A DNA stretch of 25,344 nucleotides from the NCBI GenBank assembly GCA_039698055.1, contig JBDKTL010000022.1, positions 1 through 25,344 on the forward strand, read 5' to 3'. Positions 1 to 9,119 of the stretch are shown piece after piece. The position numbers were made by a program, and so were the translations under genes. The notes below the pieces were generated by a model, which was given only the letters and a program-made list of their open reading frames with translations, did not search any database and was not told the origin of the DNA. The stretch is from Methanoregula sp. GTDB lineage: Archaea > Halobacteriota > Methanomicrobia > Methanomicrobiales > Methanospirillaceae. Every line of letters begins with the position of its first letter. The stretch's first letter is position 1.

Positions 1-77
1 TTCCTCCAGAGATATTCAAGTGATACCCTATCATCGGACACCAGTTTGCCAATCTCTCGGAAATCCATATGGTGCAT
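1..77 (-). CDS. N-terminus of putative IS1595-family transposase (partial)
   Basis: Hand translation gives MHHMDFREIGKLVSDDRVSLEYLWR, with purine-rich GGAAGGGA just before the ATG. It resembles the helix preceding the Zn-ribbon of IS1595 transposases. Only 25 codons are visible. Confidence 0.4.
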   Translation of the reverse strand, partial: MHHMDFREIGKLVSDDRVSLEYLWR

Positions 78-124
78 TGTTCCCTTCCTAACTTATTGTT
101 AGTGTGGGATCCTACACAATCACC
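1..124 (-). mobile_element. Probable left end of an IS1595-family insertion sequence (truncated by window edge)
   Basis: The - strand from 124 reads GGTGATTGTGTAGGATCCCACAC, resembling IS1595-family (ISNwi1/IS1016-like) termini. It is flanked by AT-rich AAAATTAT (125-132) and followed by an ORF running off the window. Confidence 0.45.
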
Positions 125-128
125 AAAA

Positions 129-429
129 TTATTTGCCGGATTTGCACCCTTCACTGCAGAAGAGCGCCCATTTCTCACTGGGGGCACCATTGGGTAAGTT
201 CCATATCCCGTATTCGCGGCCATCGGTATTTTTTTTGATCACGGTAGTGCCCCCCACATTCCCGCAGTTCACAGATGCGGGATATGCCATTCCCGCGATG
301 CTGGCTGAACGGTGGGTGGTGGGGTTTTGAACCGGCGCGGGGGATTGACGGCTGTAAATCCGGCGATGGACATGCCGCCAACCAGACAACGCCCCATTAA
401 GAGGAGAGCATGCAGTCTCTGGACATCAT
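129..429 (-). pseudogene. Degraded DUF333 (putative hemolysin-like) lipoprotein
   Basis: GMAYPASVNCGNVGGTTVIKKNTDGREYGIWNLPNGAPSEKWALF matches the DUF333 pattern (GMANPASxYC..GG...G.C..P.G..CEEWAL) but the later Cys residues are lost. A signal-like segment ALLLMGRCLVGGMSIAG lies in a different frame. Confidence 0.65.
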
Positions 430-482
430 AGTACCAAGGAATGGCATTGAGTGTCTGGTAAAAAGGATAGGGGAGATCGCAA

Positions 483-1283
483 TTACAACGACCTTTTCGT
501 AGCAGCCTTCATAAGAGAGACGTAACTGGTGAGTGCAGACATCATTGCCTTTCGATCATACAGGTTTTTCTCTACGATGTCCACAATTGCGCTGCCGACA
601 ATCACCCCATCTGCACCCGCACGGACACAGGTCTCCACATGCACTGGTGTTGCGATCCCAAAACCCAGTGCGAGCGGCAGCGATGTATGGTTCCTTACCC
701 GGTGCAGGAGGTCCAGAGCATCGAGGGAAACTTTTTCGCGGGTGCCGGTCACTCCCAGAACCGAGACAAGGTACAGGTAGCCCCGCGCCCGGTTCGCAAT
801 CCGGTCTATCCGGTCATCAGTAGTTGTCTGCGAGACAAGGAAGATGGGATCGATGCCATACATAGCAGCGGTTTGTACTGCTTCATCCGATTCCTCAACG
901 GGCATATCTGCAATGAGGATGCCATCCACACCGGCATCACGGGCATCACGGTAAAACCGGTCGATGCCCCGACGGTATACCGTGTTGTAATATGTGAGGA
1001 GTACAATTGGCACCAGTGAATCTGACCGGATTTCTTGGACGATTGAAAAGATCGTATCAGGTGTAGTGCCGGCGGCAAGTGCCCGTTCGTCTGCCCTCTG
1101 GATCGTGGGGCCATCAGCGATGGGATCCGAGAATGGTACACCAAGTTCAAGGATATCAGTCCCGCCGGCGATGAGTGCCCGGGCGATATTCACTGACGTA
1201 TGCCGGTCCGGATCACCGGCAACGGTAAACCCGATAAATGCCGTATTCCCTTTTTTGCGGAACACCTCATCAATCCGTCCCAT
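483..1283 (-). CDS. trpA: Tryptophan synthase alpha chain
   Basis: ELGVPFSDPIADGPTIQ, GVTG and GADGVIVGSA motifs; TAATG overlap with trpB. Confidence 0.98.
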   Translation of the reverse strand: MGRIDEVFRKKGNTAFIGFTVAGDPDRHTSVNIARALIAGGTDILELGVPFSDPIADGPTIQRADERALAAGTTPDTIFSIVQEIRSDSLVPIVLLTYYNTVYRRGIDRFYRDARDAGVDGILIADMPVEESDEAVQTAAMYGIDPIFLVSQTTTDDRIDRIANRARGYLYLVSVLGVTGTREKVSLDALDLLHRVRNHTSLPLALGFGIATPVHVETCVRAGADGVIVGSAIVDIVEKNLYDRKAMMSALTSYVSLMKAATKRSL

Positions 1284-2455
1284 TATGCATCCTCCCTGAC
1301 ATCTGCCATCCCGGTAACATCCTTGTCGCCCCTCCCGGAGAGATTGATCACGACAACATCGTTTTTGTCAAACTTCCCTGCGTTCCTAATAACGTACGCG
1401 ACGGCATGGGCGGATTCGAGCGCGGGAATGATTCCTTCTGTTCGCGAGAGGTACGTGAAAGCGTCCAGCACATCGGGGTCACGTACTGCATCATACTTGA
1501 CCCGGCGGGCGTCCCTGAGCATCGCATGCTCCGGGCCAACGCCCGGGTAATCGAGACCCGCGGCGACACTGTGGGTTGGCAGCACCTGGCCGTTTTCATC
1601 CTGCAGGAGATAGGAGAGGGTGCCGTGCAGCACTCCCGGATCCCCGCACGAGAGTGTAGCGGAATGGTTCCCGGTCTCAATTCCCTCTCCCGCCGCTTCG
1701 ATCCCGATCAGTTCGACATCATCGTTCAGGAACGGGTGGAACATGCCAATCGCATTTGATCCGCCACCTACGCAGGCAACAATAGCGTCTGGCAATCTTC
1801 CCTCTTTCTTGAGAACCTGTTCCCGCGTCTCCCGACCAATTACCGACTGGAAGTCCCGCACCATGGTTGGATATGGATGCGGACCGACAACCGAACCTAT
1901 CAGGTAATACGTATCCTGCACATGAGCCACCCAGTTCCGCAGTGCTTCGTTTGTGGCATCTTTCAAGGTGCGGGTGCCAGATGTTACCGGTATTACCTTT
2001 GCACCCATCAGCTCCATCCGAAAGACATTCAGTGCCTGGCGTTTTGTATCAATTTCTCCCATAAAGACTTCAACGGAAAACCCGAGCGCAGCGCCGGCTA
2101 TTGCGGTTGCGACCCCGTGCTGCCCGGCCCCGGTCTCTGCAATCAGGCGCTTTTTTCCCATGCGCTGTGCCAGTAGTGCCTGTCCGAGTGTGTTATTGAG
2201 TTTGTGCGATCCCCCATGCACCAGGTCCTCACGTTTCAGGTATATCTTGAACCCGAGGTTATGGGACATATTTTTACAGAACGTGAGCGGGGTTGGCCGG
2301 CCAGCGTATTCCGTCTGGTATGCTGCAAGTTCTCTGGCAAATTCCGGATCACTGGCCGCTGTGCAATAACCCTCCTCAAGTTCGTAGAGGGCGTTCATGA
2401 GCGGTTCCGGCACATACTGCCCGCCGTATTCTCCAAATCTGCCTTTTAATTCCAT
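1283..2455 (-). CDS. trpB: Tryptophan synthase beta chain (TrpB1)
   Basis: [16 protein letters not shown] (PLP lysine), [17 protein letters not shown] and NLSGRGDKD motifs. Confidence 0.99.
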   Translation of the reverse strand: MELKGRFGEYGGQYVPEPLMNALYELEEGYCTAASDPEFARELAAYQTEYAGRPTPLTFCKNMSHNLGFKIYLKREDLVHGGSHKLNNTLGQALLAQRMGKKRLIAETGAGQHGVATAIAGAALGFSVEVFMGEIDTKRQALNVFRMELMGAKVIPVTSGTRTLKDATNEALRNWVAHVQDTYYLIGSVVGPHPYPTMVRDFQSVIGRETREQVLKKEGRLPDAIVACVGGGSNAIGMFHPFLNDDVELIGIEAAGEGIETGNHSATLSCGDPGVLHGTLSYLLQDENGQVLPTHSVAAGLDYPGVGPEHAMLRDARRVKYDAVRDPDVLDAFTYLSRTEGIIPALESAHAVAYVIRNAGKFDKNDVVVINLSGRGDKDVTGMADVREDA

Positions 2456-2456
2456 G

Positions 2457-3032
2457 TTATACCTCCCGTACGGCAGTGATAAATGCCCGTATCTTATCCA
2501 GATCTTTTATTCCCATTGACCGCTCGATGCCGGTGGCAACATCAACCGCATACGGGTGGATCTCCCGAATGGCTTCGCCGACATTTTCCGGTGTTAGCCC
2601 TCCGGCGAGGATGACCGGTACCTTTGATCGCATTACAGCATCGCGGGCAAACGACCGGTCAAAGTGTTTCCCCCCGCCCTCACTGTCGTCTACGACGATC
2701 GCATCGCAATCATCCGGCAGGGGATTCCCGGGTCTGATCGCCCGGATAACCCGGACTCCCGGATCACGCCGGAACACAAATGGGTACGAGATCTGGATGG
2801 CGTCAGGTTTCATTTCAAGTATCCGGGCAAGATCCGATTCTGACGGAGTATGGGTGATAACCACGGTCGTAATAAAGGGCCCGACCGAATGGAAAATATC
2901 CTGTGTGACGGTCACGGAAACTGAGCGGGGTGAAGAATTGCTGAACATCACTACGCCAATCGCATCAGCCCCTGCCTGCTCTGCAAATCGTGCATCCTCC
3001 GGGCGGGTGATCCCGCAGCATTTTATGCGCAT
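2457..3032 (-). CDS. trpF: Phosphoribosylanthranilate isomerase
   Basis: [23 protein letters not shown] and VDVATGIE motifs. Confidence 0.96.
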   Translation of the reverse strand: MRIKCCGITRPEDARFAEQAGADAIGVVMFSNSSPRSVSVTVTQDIFHSVGPFITTVVITHTPSESDLARILEMKPDAIQISYPFVFRRDPGVRVIRAIRPGNPLPDDCDAIVVDDSEGGGKHFDRSFARDAVMRSKVPVILAGGLTPENVGEAIREIHPYAVDVATGIERSMGIKDLDKIRAFITAVREV

Positions 3033-3778
3033 ACCAGTTCCTCCAGTTTTCTTCCTGGTTTTCGATCGGACATAATTGCTGATCCGACGAGAAACGCGTC
3101 GCAGAAGGGACGCATCTCCCGTATATCATCTGCCGATTGCGTCCCACTCTCCGAGATCACGGTTCTTCCAGCTGCCCGTATCGGCCCTGAAAGCCGCCGG
3201 GTTGCTGACCGGTCAATCGACAGCGTTGTCAGGTCCCGGTTGTTAATGCCGATAAGCCGTGCCCGGGTGGCAAGGGCGTACCCGACATCTTCTTCCGTGC
3301 GGACTTCGACAAGCGGTTCAAGGCCGGATTCATAAGCCACATCAACGAAATCCGGCAGCTGGTCTCCCAGAACAGCGGCGATGAGAAGCACCGCATCAGC
3401 TCCAAGAGCACGCGTTTCCGCAATCTGTCGTTTGTCAATGATGAAATCCTTCCTGAGAACCGGGACGCTGACTGCCGATTTCACCTTTGCGATATCGTTT
3501 TGTGCTCCGCCAAAAAAATAGGGCTCAGTGAGGACGGAAAGTGCAACACACCCATGGTCAACGAACACACCGGCCATCATCAGTATATCCACGTTGCACC
3601 GTATGACTCCCCGTGATGGCGAAGCGCACTTGATTTCTGCGATGATGGCGTTTTTTTTGCTGGCTGTATGGATGGCATCTTCGAGACTTACATGGGTGAC
3701 ATTGGCGGTATTTGAAAATGTTGCGGGCAGGTCTGCCACCCGCTTTTCAGTGCGCCGGATGATCTCGTCGAGGATCAT
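3023..3778 (-). CDS. trpC: Indole-3-glycerol phosphate synthase
   Basis: [29 protein letters not shown] and SESG motifs. Confidence 0.97.
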   Translation of the reverse strand: MILDEIIRRTEKRVADLPATFSNTANVTHVSLEDAIHTASKKNAIIAEIKCASPSRGVIRCNVDILMMAGVFVDHGCVALSVLTEPYFFGGAQNDIAKVKSAVSVPVLRKDFIIDKRQIAETRALGADAVLLIAAVLGDQLPDFVDVAYESGLEPLVEVRTEEDVGYALATRARLIGINNRDLTTLSIDRSATRRLSGPIRAAGRTVISESGTQSADDIREMRPFCDAFLVGSAIMSDRKPGRKLEELVCA

Positions 3779-4794
3779 ACAACACCCCCTGTTGCCAGAA
3801 CAAGCGCATCGAGCTTGTTAAGTGCACGCCCTGAATCAAGGGATTCTGATGCAAGATCGATTCCCTCCTTAAGGGTTCGCGCCCGGTTTCCAATATAGAT
3901 CGCGGCGCCGGCATTCATTAGCACGATGTCCCGGCCCGGCCCTCTTTTTCCCTGAAAAATTTCACGGAGTATACGGGCGTTCTCCTGCGGGCTCCCACCT
4001 TTGAGATCAGAATGTGATGCACGGGCAATACCAAACATATCCGGAGTGATGGTATAGTCACGGATCTCATTGTGGTTTAGTTCCGTCACGGTGGTTTCAC
4101 CAGTCGTCGTGATCTCATCAAGCCCGCTCCCGTGAACGACCATCGCCCGGGAAATGTTCAGGATCTGCAGTACGCGGGCAACTGTGCCGGTGAGATCCTG
4201 TCGGTATACGCCAAGTACCTGTGCCTGCGCCCCGGCAGGGTTTGAAAGAGGTCCTAGTAGGTTGAAGATCGTCCGGCACCCGATATCCTGCCGGGCTGCC
4301 ATGACGTGCTGCATTGCCGGGTGATAACTAGGAGCAAAGAGAAAGATGATACCGGTGGTTTCAAGGATATGTGCCTGAAGGGCAGGATCGGCAACAATAT
4401 TGACACCCAGTGCGGCAAGTACGTCTGCCGACCCGCACCGGCTGCTTACCCCCCGGTTACCGTGTTTGACGATAGGAACCCCGGCACCTGCGGCGACGAA
4501 TGCGGCAGCGGTGCTGATATTGAATGTCTGTGCTCCGTCTCCTCCAGTCCCGCAGGTATCCACGAGTATACCCGGTACGTGTGGCTGTATCCTGACTGCA
4601 TGTTCCCGCATCACGCGAGCGAATGCCGCGATCTCTGCTGGTGTCTCACCTTTCATGCGCAGGGCCGTGAGGATACTCCCGATCTGCGCCGGTGTTGCGC
4701 CTCCGCTCATGATAATCCCCATCACGGCATCACCTTCATTTGGGGTGAGGCTGGTTCCCTCCACGAGTTTTGCGATTGCACTTTTAAGTATCAT
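3775..4794 (-). CDS. trpD: Anthranilate phosphoribosyltransferase
   Basis: [21 protein letters not shown] and FNLLGPL motifs. Confidence 0.98.
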   Translation of the reverse strand: MILKSAIAKLVEGTSLTPNEGDAVMGIIMSGGATPAQIGSILTALRMKGETPAEIAAFARVMREHAVRIQPHVPGILVDTCGTGGDGAQTFNISTAAAFVAAGAGVPIVKHGNRGVSSRCGSADVLAALGVNIVADPALQAHILETTGIIFLFAPSYHPAMQHVMAARQDIGCRTIFNLLGPLSNPAGAQAQVLGVYRQDLTGTVARVLQILNISRAMVVHGSGLDEITTTGETTVTELNHNEIRDYTITPDMFGIARASHSDLKGGSPQENARILREIFQGKRGPGRDIVLMNAGAAIYIGNRARTLKEGIDLASESLDSGRALNKLDALVLATGGVV

Positions 4795-5372
4795 GTATTC
4801 CCCCCATTGCCATACAGGAAATTGTGGATAATCCGGTCCCCTTGCGGTGAAAGAATGCTCTCCGGGTGAAACTGGACACCTTCAACGGGATACCGGGCGT
4901 GCCGAACGCCCATCACGCAGCCATCGTCAACGCTCGTCGCGGTGACCAGAAGATCGGGCGGGAGCGAGTCTTTCAGGGCCACAAGCGAATGGTAGCGTGT
5001 GGCAGAAAACGGTGACGGCAAACCTGTAAAGATGCCCTTTTTGTCATGAAGGATCTCTGATGTTTTGCCGTGCATCAGGTGGTCTGCTCTGACCACCGTG
5101 CCACCATAAGAAGTGCAGATTGCCTGGTGGCCAAGACAGACGCCAAGAGTGGGAATAGTATGGCTCATGGTGTCGAGCACCTCAAGACAGACTCCCGCAT
5201 CTTCCGGTGTTCCAGGTCCCGGTGAAAGGATGATGCGATCGCACCCTGTTTTTTCCAGCCGTAAAAGCGGGGTGTCACAGGTAACGACAACCGGGACAGC
5301 ACCCATCCTGCCCACCTGCTGGTACAGGTTGAAGGTAAAACTGTCATAACAATCCACGATCAGCACTTTCAC
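4791..5372 (-). CDS. trpG: Anthranilate synthase component II (glutamine amidotransferase)
   Basis: DCYDSFT, SPGPG, GVCLGHQ, RYHSL and QFHPES motifs; GTG start overlaps the trpE stop (GTGA). Confidence 0.97.
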   Translation of the reverse strand: MKVLIVDCYDSFTFNLYQQVGRMGAVPVVVTCDTPLLRLEKTGCDRIILSPGPGTPEDAGVCLEVLDTMSHTIPTLGVCLGHQAICTSYGGTVVRADHLMHGKTSEILHDKKGIFTGLPSPFSATRYHSLVALKDSLPPDLLVTATSVDDGCVMGVRHARYPVEGVQFHPESILSPQGDRIIHNFLYGNGGNT

Positions 5373-6928
5373 AAGGACACCCCGGAATGGTCGAGCGCCC
5401 GCATCATGGCGGCCGCTTTGTTCGTGGTTTCAGTCCATTCGTGAGCGGGAACAGAATCTGCGACAATCCCGGCACCGACCTGAATGCTGGCGCGACCATT
5501 ATGCACGCTGACACTGCGGATCGCGATGGCAAACTCAAGGTTCCGGTCAAACCCGATGAACCCAACGGCACCCGCGTAAAGACCCCGGATGTCCGGCTCC
5601 ATATCGCTGATAATCTGCATCGCACGGATTTTTGGCGCTCCAGATACTGTTCCGGCCGGGAAACAGGATTTGAATGCGTCATAGCAATCCCGGTTTTCCT
5701 GGAGCTGACCCTGTACTGTTGAAACCATGTGCTGCACATGAGAAAATTTCTCGATGCCCATGAACCCTTTGACTTCGACGGATCCGAATTTACAGACACG
5801 GCCGATATCATTCCGGGCCAGATCGACAAGCATCGTGTGCTCTGCCCGCTCTTTTTCATCAAGCAGGAGCTCACGGGAGAACAGGTCGTCTTCAGTTTTG
5901 TCCCGGCCGCGTGGACGGGTGCCGGCAATCGGCACTGTGGTCACCTGCCGTTTTTCGACCCTGACAAGCATCTCGGGGCTTGCCCCGATCACCTGTTCGT
6001 CACCGAAATCAAGGAAGTACATGTATGGGCTCGGGTTAATTTCCCGCAGGGCGGTATAGATTGGGAATGGATCTGCACCTACAGCACATTCAATTTTCCG
6101 GGAGATTACCGCTTGGAAAATATCCCCGGCTTTGATATGCTCCTGGACTGTTTCCACAGAATGTTCGAATGCTTCTTTTCCGGATATATCCATAAAGTCC
6201 GGGGGGACGTTGCGAGATGAAGGGAAAGACGTTTTTTCCGGTATTCCCCGACACGACAGGGTCACGATCTTTCCTGCAAGTAACGCGATATTATGGGCAC
6301 AGCGCCGGTATTCTTCCTCTGGATCGGACTCGTAAGTGAGAAACGGGCTGGAAAAAATGTAGAGTTTCCGGTCACGGTGATCAAAAACAATGCAATCTTT
6401 GGTGAGCATGAACCGGGCGTCAGGTGTCTTCTGCCCGGAGCTGTTCCCGTTACGTGGAACCTGGGGAAACAGATCGTGAATAATATCGTATGCAAAGTAC
6501 CCGACAAGTCCCCCAAAAAATCTCGGGGCTTTCTGGTTTACGTAATGGAACCTTGAAAGGATCGACCGTATCTGGTCAACCGGGTTTTCACCCTCCGGCT
6601 CCCTCGCAATGGCAATAAAAATGTCATCGCCGGTTATCTGGACGCCATTTCCAATCGTGATCGTGCATGCAGGATTCATCCCGATATACGAATACTGTGC
6701 ACATTTCTCGCTCCCCTCAAGTGACTCAAGGAGAAAACCGTTTCCTGCACGGGTTGCGGAAAATACGTCTTCAGGAGTGCACCGCGGGAATGGCAGTTGT
6801 GCGCACAGCGGTATGATAAGCGGTTTTGGCTGTTCGCGCACAGCGGTAAGATATTCATTAAATCCGAGGTTGAGGTTCAGTTCTTTTTTGATTGTAGCAA
6901 TCTCCAGTCCACCGGCATCACCATCCAT
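5369..6928 (-). CDS. trpE: Anthranilate synthase component I
   Basis: LLES and NPSPYM (Trp feedback site), ASPE, PIAGTRPRG, EHTMLVDLARND and GAPKIRAM motifs; first gene of the trp cluster. Confidence 0.97.
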   Translation of the reverse strand: MDGDAGGLEIATIKKELNLNLGFNEYLTAVREQPKPLIIPLCAQLPFPRCTPEDVFSATRAGNGFLLESLEGSEKCAQYSYIGMNPACTITIGNGVQITGDDIFIAIAREPEGENPVDQIRSILSRFHYVNQKAPRFFGGLVGYFAYDIIHDLFPQVPRNGNSSGQKTPDARFMLTKDCIVFDHRDRKLYIFSSPFLTYESDPEEEYRRCAHNIALLAGKIVTLSCRGIPEKTSFPSSRNVPPDFMDISGKEAFEHSVETVQEHIKAGDIFQAVISRKIECAVGADPFPIYTALREINPSPYMYFLDFGDEQVIGASPEMLVRVEKRQVTTVPIAGTRPRGRDKTEDDLFSRELLLDEKERAEHTMLVDLARNDIGRVCKFGSVEVKGFMGIEKFSHVQHMVSTVQGQLQENRDCYDAFKSCFPAGTVSGAPKIRAMQIISDMEPDIRGLYAGAVGFIGFDRNLEFAIAIRSVSVHNGRASIQVGAGIVADSVPAHEWTETTNKAAAMMRALDHSGVSL

Positions 6929-6943
6929 TTTCTTGGATCGTTA

Positions 6944-6993
6944 CGTGAATCCGGCCGGAGAAGAGGTGTGTTCAGATCCCGGCCGGATTCGCG
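6944..6993 (-). promoter_or_regulatory. GC-rich hairpin in trpE 5' leader
   Basis: Perfect 12-bp inverted repeat GAATCCGGCCGG (6947-6958) / CCGGCCGGATTC (6979-6990) with a 20-nt loop; the extended arm ends 15 nt before the trpE ATG. Confidence 0.6.
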
Positions 6994-7079
6994 AAAGCAA
7001 TAACGGGCAGAATCATGCAATCCTGATGATATCTCACGATTCTTCCATTAAAATGCTTAGTTTCGTTGAGTGTTGACTA

Positions 7080-7109
7080 TATTTATACATTGTTGTATCT
7101 TTTTGTATA
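7080..7109 (-). promoter_or_regulatory. trp promoter TATA box overlapped by three TRP-box-like hexamers
   Basis: TATAAATA on the - strand at 7080-7087. TATACA (7084-89), TGTATC (7094-99) and TGTATA (7104-09) are each separated by 4 bp. The TrpY TRP-box consensus is TGTACA. Confidence 0.6.
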
Positions 7110-7340
7110 CCGATGCATTTTTTTGCTTTAATGAACACCCTTCTGTTGAATGATTGAACGGGCCGAAGTGGACATCGGGCTCAAGAACCGGGAGTCATTC
7201 ATCAATAATATCGTCGTGCGGTCTGCCTTGACATAAAAAAAAGTGGCAGAATAAAAAACGGGGATGGTGTCGTACCTGGACGTGTCAGGGTATCAGGTAT
7301 CCGGGCGTCAGATTTCAGATATCTCACAGCAGAAATGCAT

Positions 7341-7712
7341 TCATTCCACTTTTACCCCACGGCCGCGGAGTGCATCGGTTTTTTTCTTTGAACACTCCTC
7401 GCACCGGAACTCTGGGGCTTTATCTTCGGTTTTGTCATACTCCCCGGACTTAACAAGCCGGTAACCTCTTGCAACTTTTCCGCAGTCCACACAGGTAATA
7501 TTGTCCCTGACCTCCCACTGTGCCGCTAGCGATTGTGAAGTAAAGATGAACTGATCGACCCAGAAAAAAATCAGTCCTCCAATCAGGTTTGCAATAATCG
7601 CCGCCACGATCTGACCCATTGCGGCAAGAACGATGCCGACCCCGGCAAGGATGGGAGTGCTCGCCTGCCACCTGAGAAGGTAGAGCCCGTATCGTTTGAA
7701 ATTGATCCGCAT
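7341..7712 (-). CDS. Hypothetical membrane protein with C-terminal CxxC...CxxC zinc ribbon
   Basis: Hydrophobic N-terminal half followed by CVDC...CEEC. Start reassigned to ATG 7712 (MRINFKRY), preceded by CAGGT. Confidence 0.8.
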   Translation of the reverse strand: MRINFKRYGLYLLRWQASTPILAGVGIVLAAMGQIVAAIIANLIGGLIFFWVDQFIFTSQSLAAQWEVRDNITCVDCGKVARGYRLVKSGEYDKTEDKAPEFRCEECSKKKTDALRGRGVKVE

Positions 7713-7827
7713 ACCTGATGATCGGCGAAGGGGAGTTATATGAGTTACCCTCAAGGCACAAGCGGTGCGGGAGTGCTATATAATGTGACGGACAAATAGG
7801 TATAAAGCACGCTCGATAGGGGTATCT

Positions 7828-8430
7828 ATGTGGCCGAATAAACAGCGCTCTCTTGGGTGGGTTTTTGTCTCGCGGATGATCGGGATTATCTGTTTTTTGA
7901 TTGTCGTCGTCCTTGCAAATATCCTGACCTATTATGTAAAAAGTCCGCTCTATCACTCCGGGGTTGACTTCCTTAACCTGAACTTCTGGCTTCTGTTGAT
8001 CATCGGGATCATCATCTTTATCGCGGATATCTTTGCAGCGTTCCCGTTCCCGCTCAACCTGCCGTTCCCGCTCATCAAGGCGATCGGCAGTGTCTTCATT
8101 ATCGCGTTTGTCCTGCGCATTCTCGAATGGGTTGATGTGATGACCAGTAACAGCCTCTACCATTTTTTCTGGCTTCTCTCGTTTGTGATCGTGCCGCTGG
8201 TATTTATCCTGGTGATCGTGACCGGCTATTACGAAATTATCTGTGATCTGTGGGCGCGGTCAAAACTCACCAGACCTGAACCCGATGTTGAAGCCACAGG
8301 CAATTCATCTCCGGTACACAACGGTGTTTATGATTCAGAACCAAAATCATGGGAAGATGTTGGTGCAGAATTCCGGATGATGCTCCATGAAATTATTCAC
8401 CGGTTCCGCGAAGAAATCCGTAAAAAATAG
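7828..8430 (+). CDS. Hypothetical integral membrane protein
   Basis: 200 aa with about four hydrophobic segments and a charged C-terminal tail (KSWEDVGAEFR). TATAAA at 7801-7806 upstream. Confidence 0.85.
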   Translation: MWPNKQRSLGWVFVSRMIGIICFLIVVVLANILTYYVKSPLYHSGVDFLNLNFWLLLIIGIIIFIADIFAAFPFPLNLPFPLIKAIGSVFIIAFVLRILEWVDVMTSNSLYHFFWLLSFVIVPLVFILVIVTGYYEIICDLWARSKLTRPEPDVEATGNSSPVHNGVYDSEPKSWEDVGAEFRMMLHEIIHRFREEIRKK

Positions 8431-8512
8431 CACTTGCCTCTGTGCAACCCGATTGAATGCAGGAGCACATGTGCTACAAACCTGAAGATTGCATACCCCG
8501 GATTATTATCGC

Positions 8513-8745
8513 TCACCAGTCCGGGTTTTCCTCGCGGAATTTTTTTTCTTTTATCGCCAGTTCTTCGCTTGTCAGATGGGCGGCATGCAGATACAGCGGT
8601 GTTCGGTAAATACACCGGCTTTGAAACTTCCCTGTGGTTCACCTGTGTGGCAGGCACCATATGTGTCAGTGTCGCAGTCATGATAGACCTGCGGGAGATT
8701 CTCTTTTCTGGCGAACGTGATTGCTTCGTGCCATGATGTTGCCAT
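8513..8745 (-). pseudogene. Small Cys/His-rich protein gene with a 1-bp frameshift
   Basis: MATSWHEAITFARKENLPQVYHDCDTDTYGACHTGEPQGSFKAGVFTEHRCICMP continues in a shifted frame as AHLTSEELAIKEKKFREENPDW*. Span is 233 nt = 78 codons minus 1. Confidence 0.6.
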
Positions 8746-8804
8746 GATTGCAAGTATTGCGGCGGCACAGGTAATATATCTCGCGTGCAGATCCCACAAA
8801 CGGC

Positions 8805-8830
8805 AAAAAAATCTCAAAAAGAAAAAAAAA
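8805..8830 (-). terminator. Oligo-T terminator after the CxxC-x17-CxxC gene
   Basis: Several T runs on the - strand directly after the stop codon at 8849. Confidence 0.5.
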
Positions 8831-8848
8831 TGAATAAAATCTATGAAA

Positions 8849-9016
8849 TCAGAACCGGGGTTTCCGGTGTTTGGGCAGGCAGTCCCTGCAGTAAACCGGC
8901 CTTCCCTCAGTTGGCTTGAAGGGGACTTCGCACTCTTTTCCGCAGTCTGAACAGACTGTCTTTGTCATTTCTCTGGGACCGAAATTTCTCGGGCCACCAA
9001 ATCCTTTTCTTTCCAT
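8849..9016 (-). CDS. CxxC-x17-CxxC domain small zinc-finger protein
   Basis: MERKGFGGPRNFGPREMTKTVCSDCGKECEVPFKPTEGRPVYCRDC has the family signature (VPF.P...RPVYC..C). Start reassigned to 9016, with a TATATA box about 30 nt upstream. Confidence 0.92.
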   Translation of the reverse strand: MERKGFGGPRNFGPREMTKTVCSDCGKECEVPFKPTEGRPVYCRDCLPKHRKPRF

Positions 9017-9119
9017 TGTATTACTCATGCAGTTTTGATCTGCATATATACATTTTGTGATGCAGTATAAAAACATCTGCATCGCACCGTGGAGTTTTCA
9101 GATGATAAATCAGGATATA

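Noticed and set aside
6929-7060. Classical Trp leader-peptide attenuator
   Set aside because: The uORFs (MEES*, MILPVIAFANPAGI*) have no Trp codons and no U-tract follows the hairpin.
529-7076. Many + strand and alternate-frame ORFs across the trp operon
   Set aside because: They are shadows of well-supported trp genes and have no motifs.
7450-8163. 237-aa - strand ORF
   Set aside because: It is antisense to the 7828-8430 membrane gene and overlaps the 7341-7712 gene out of frame.
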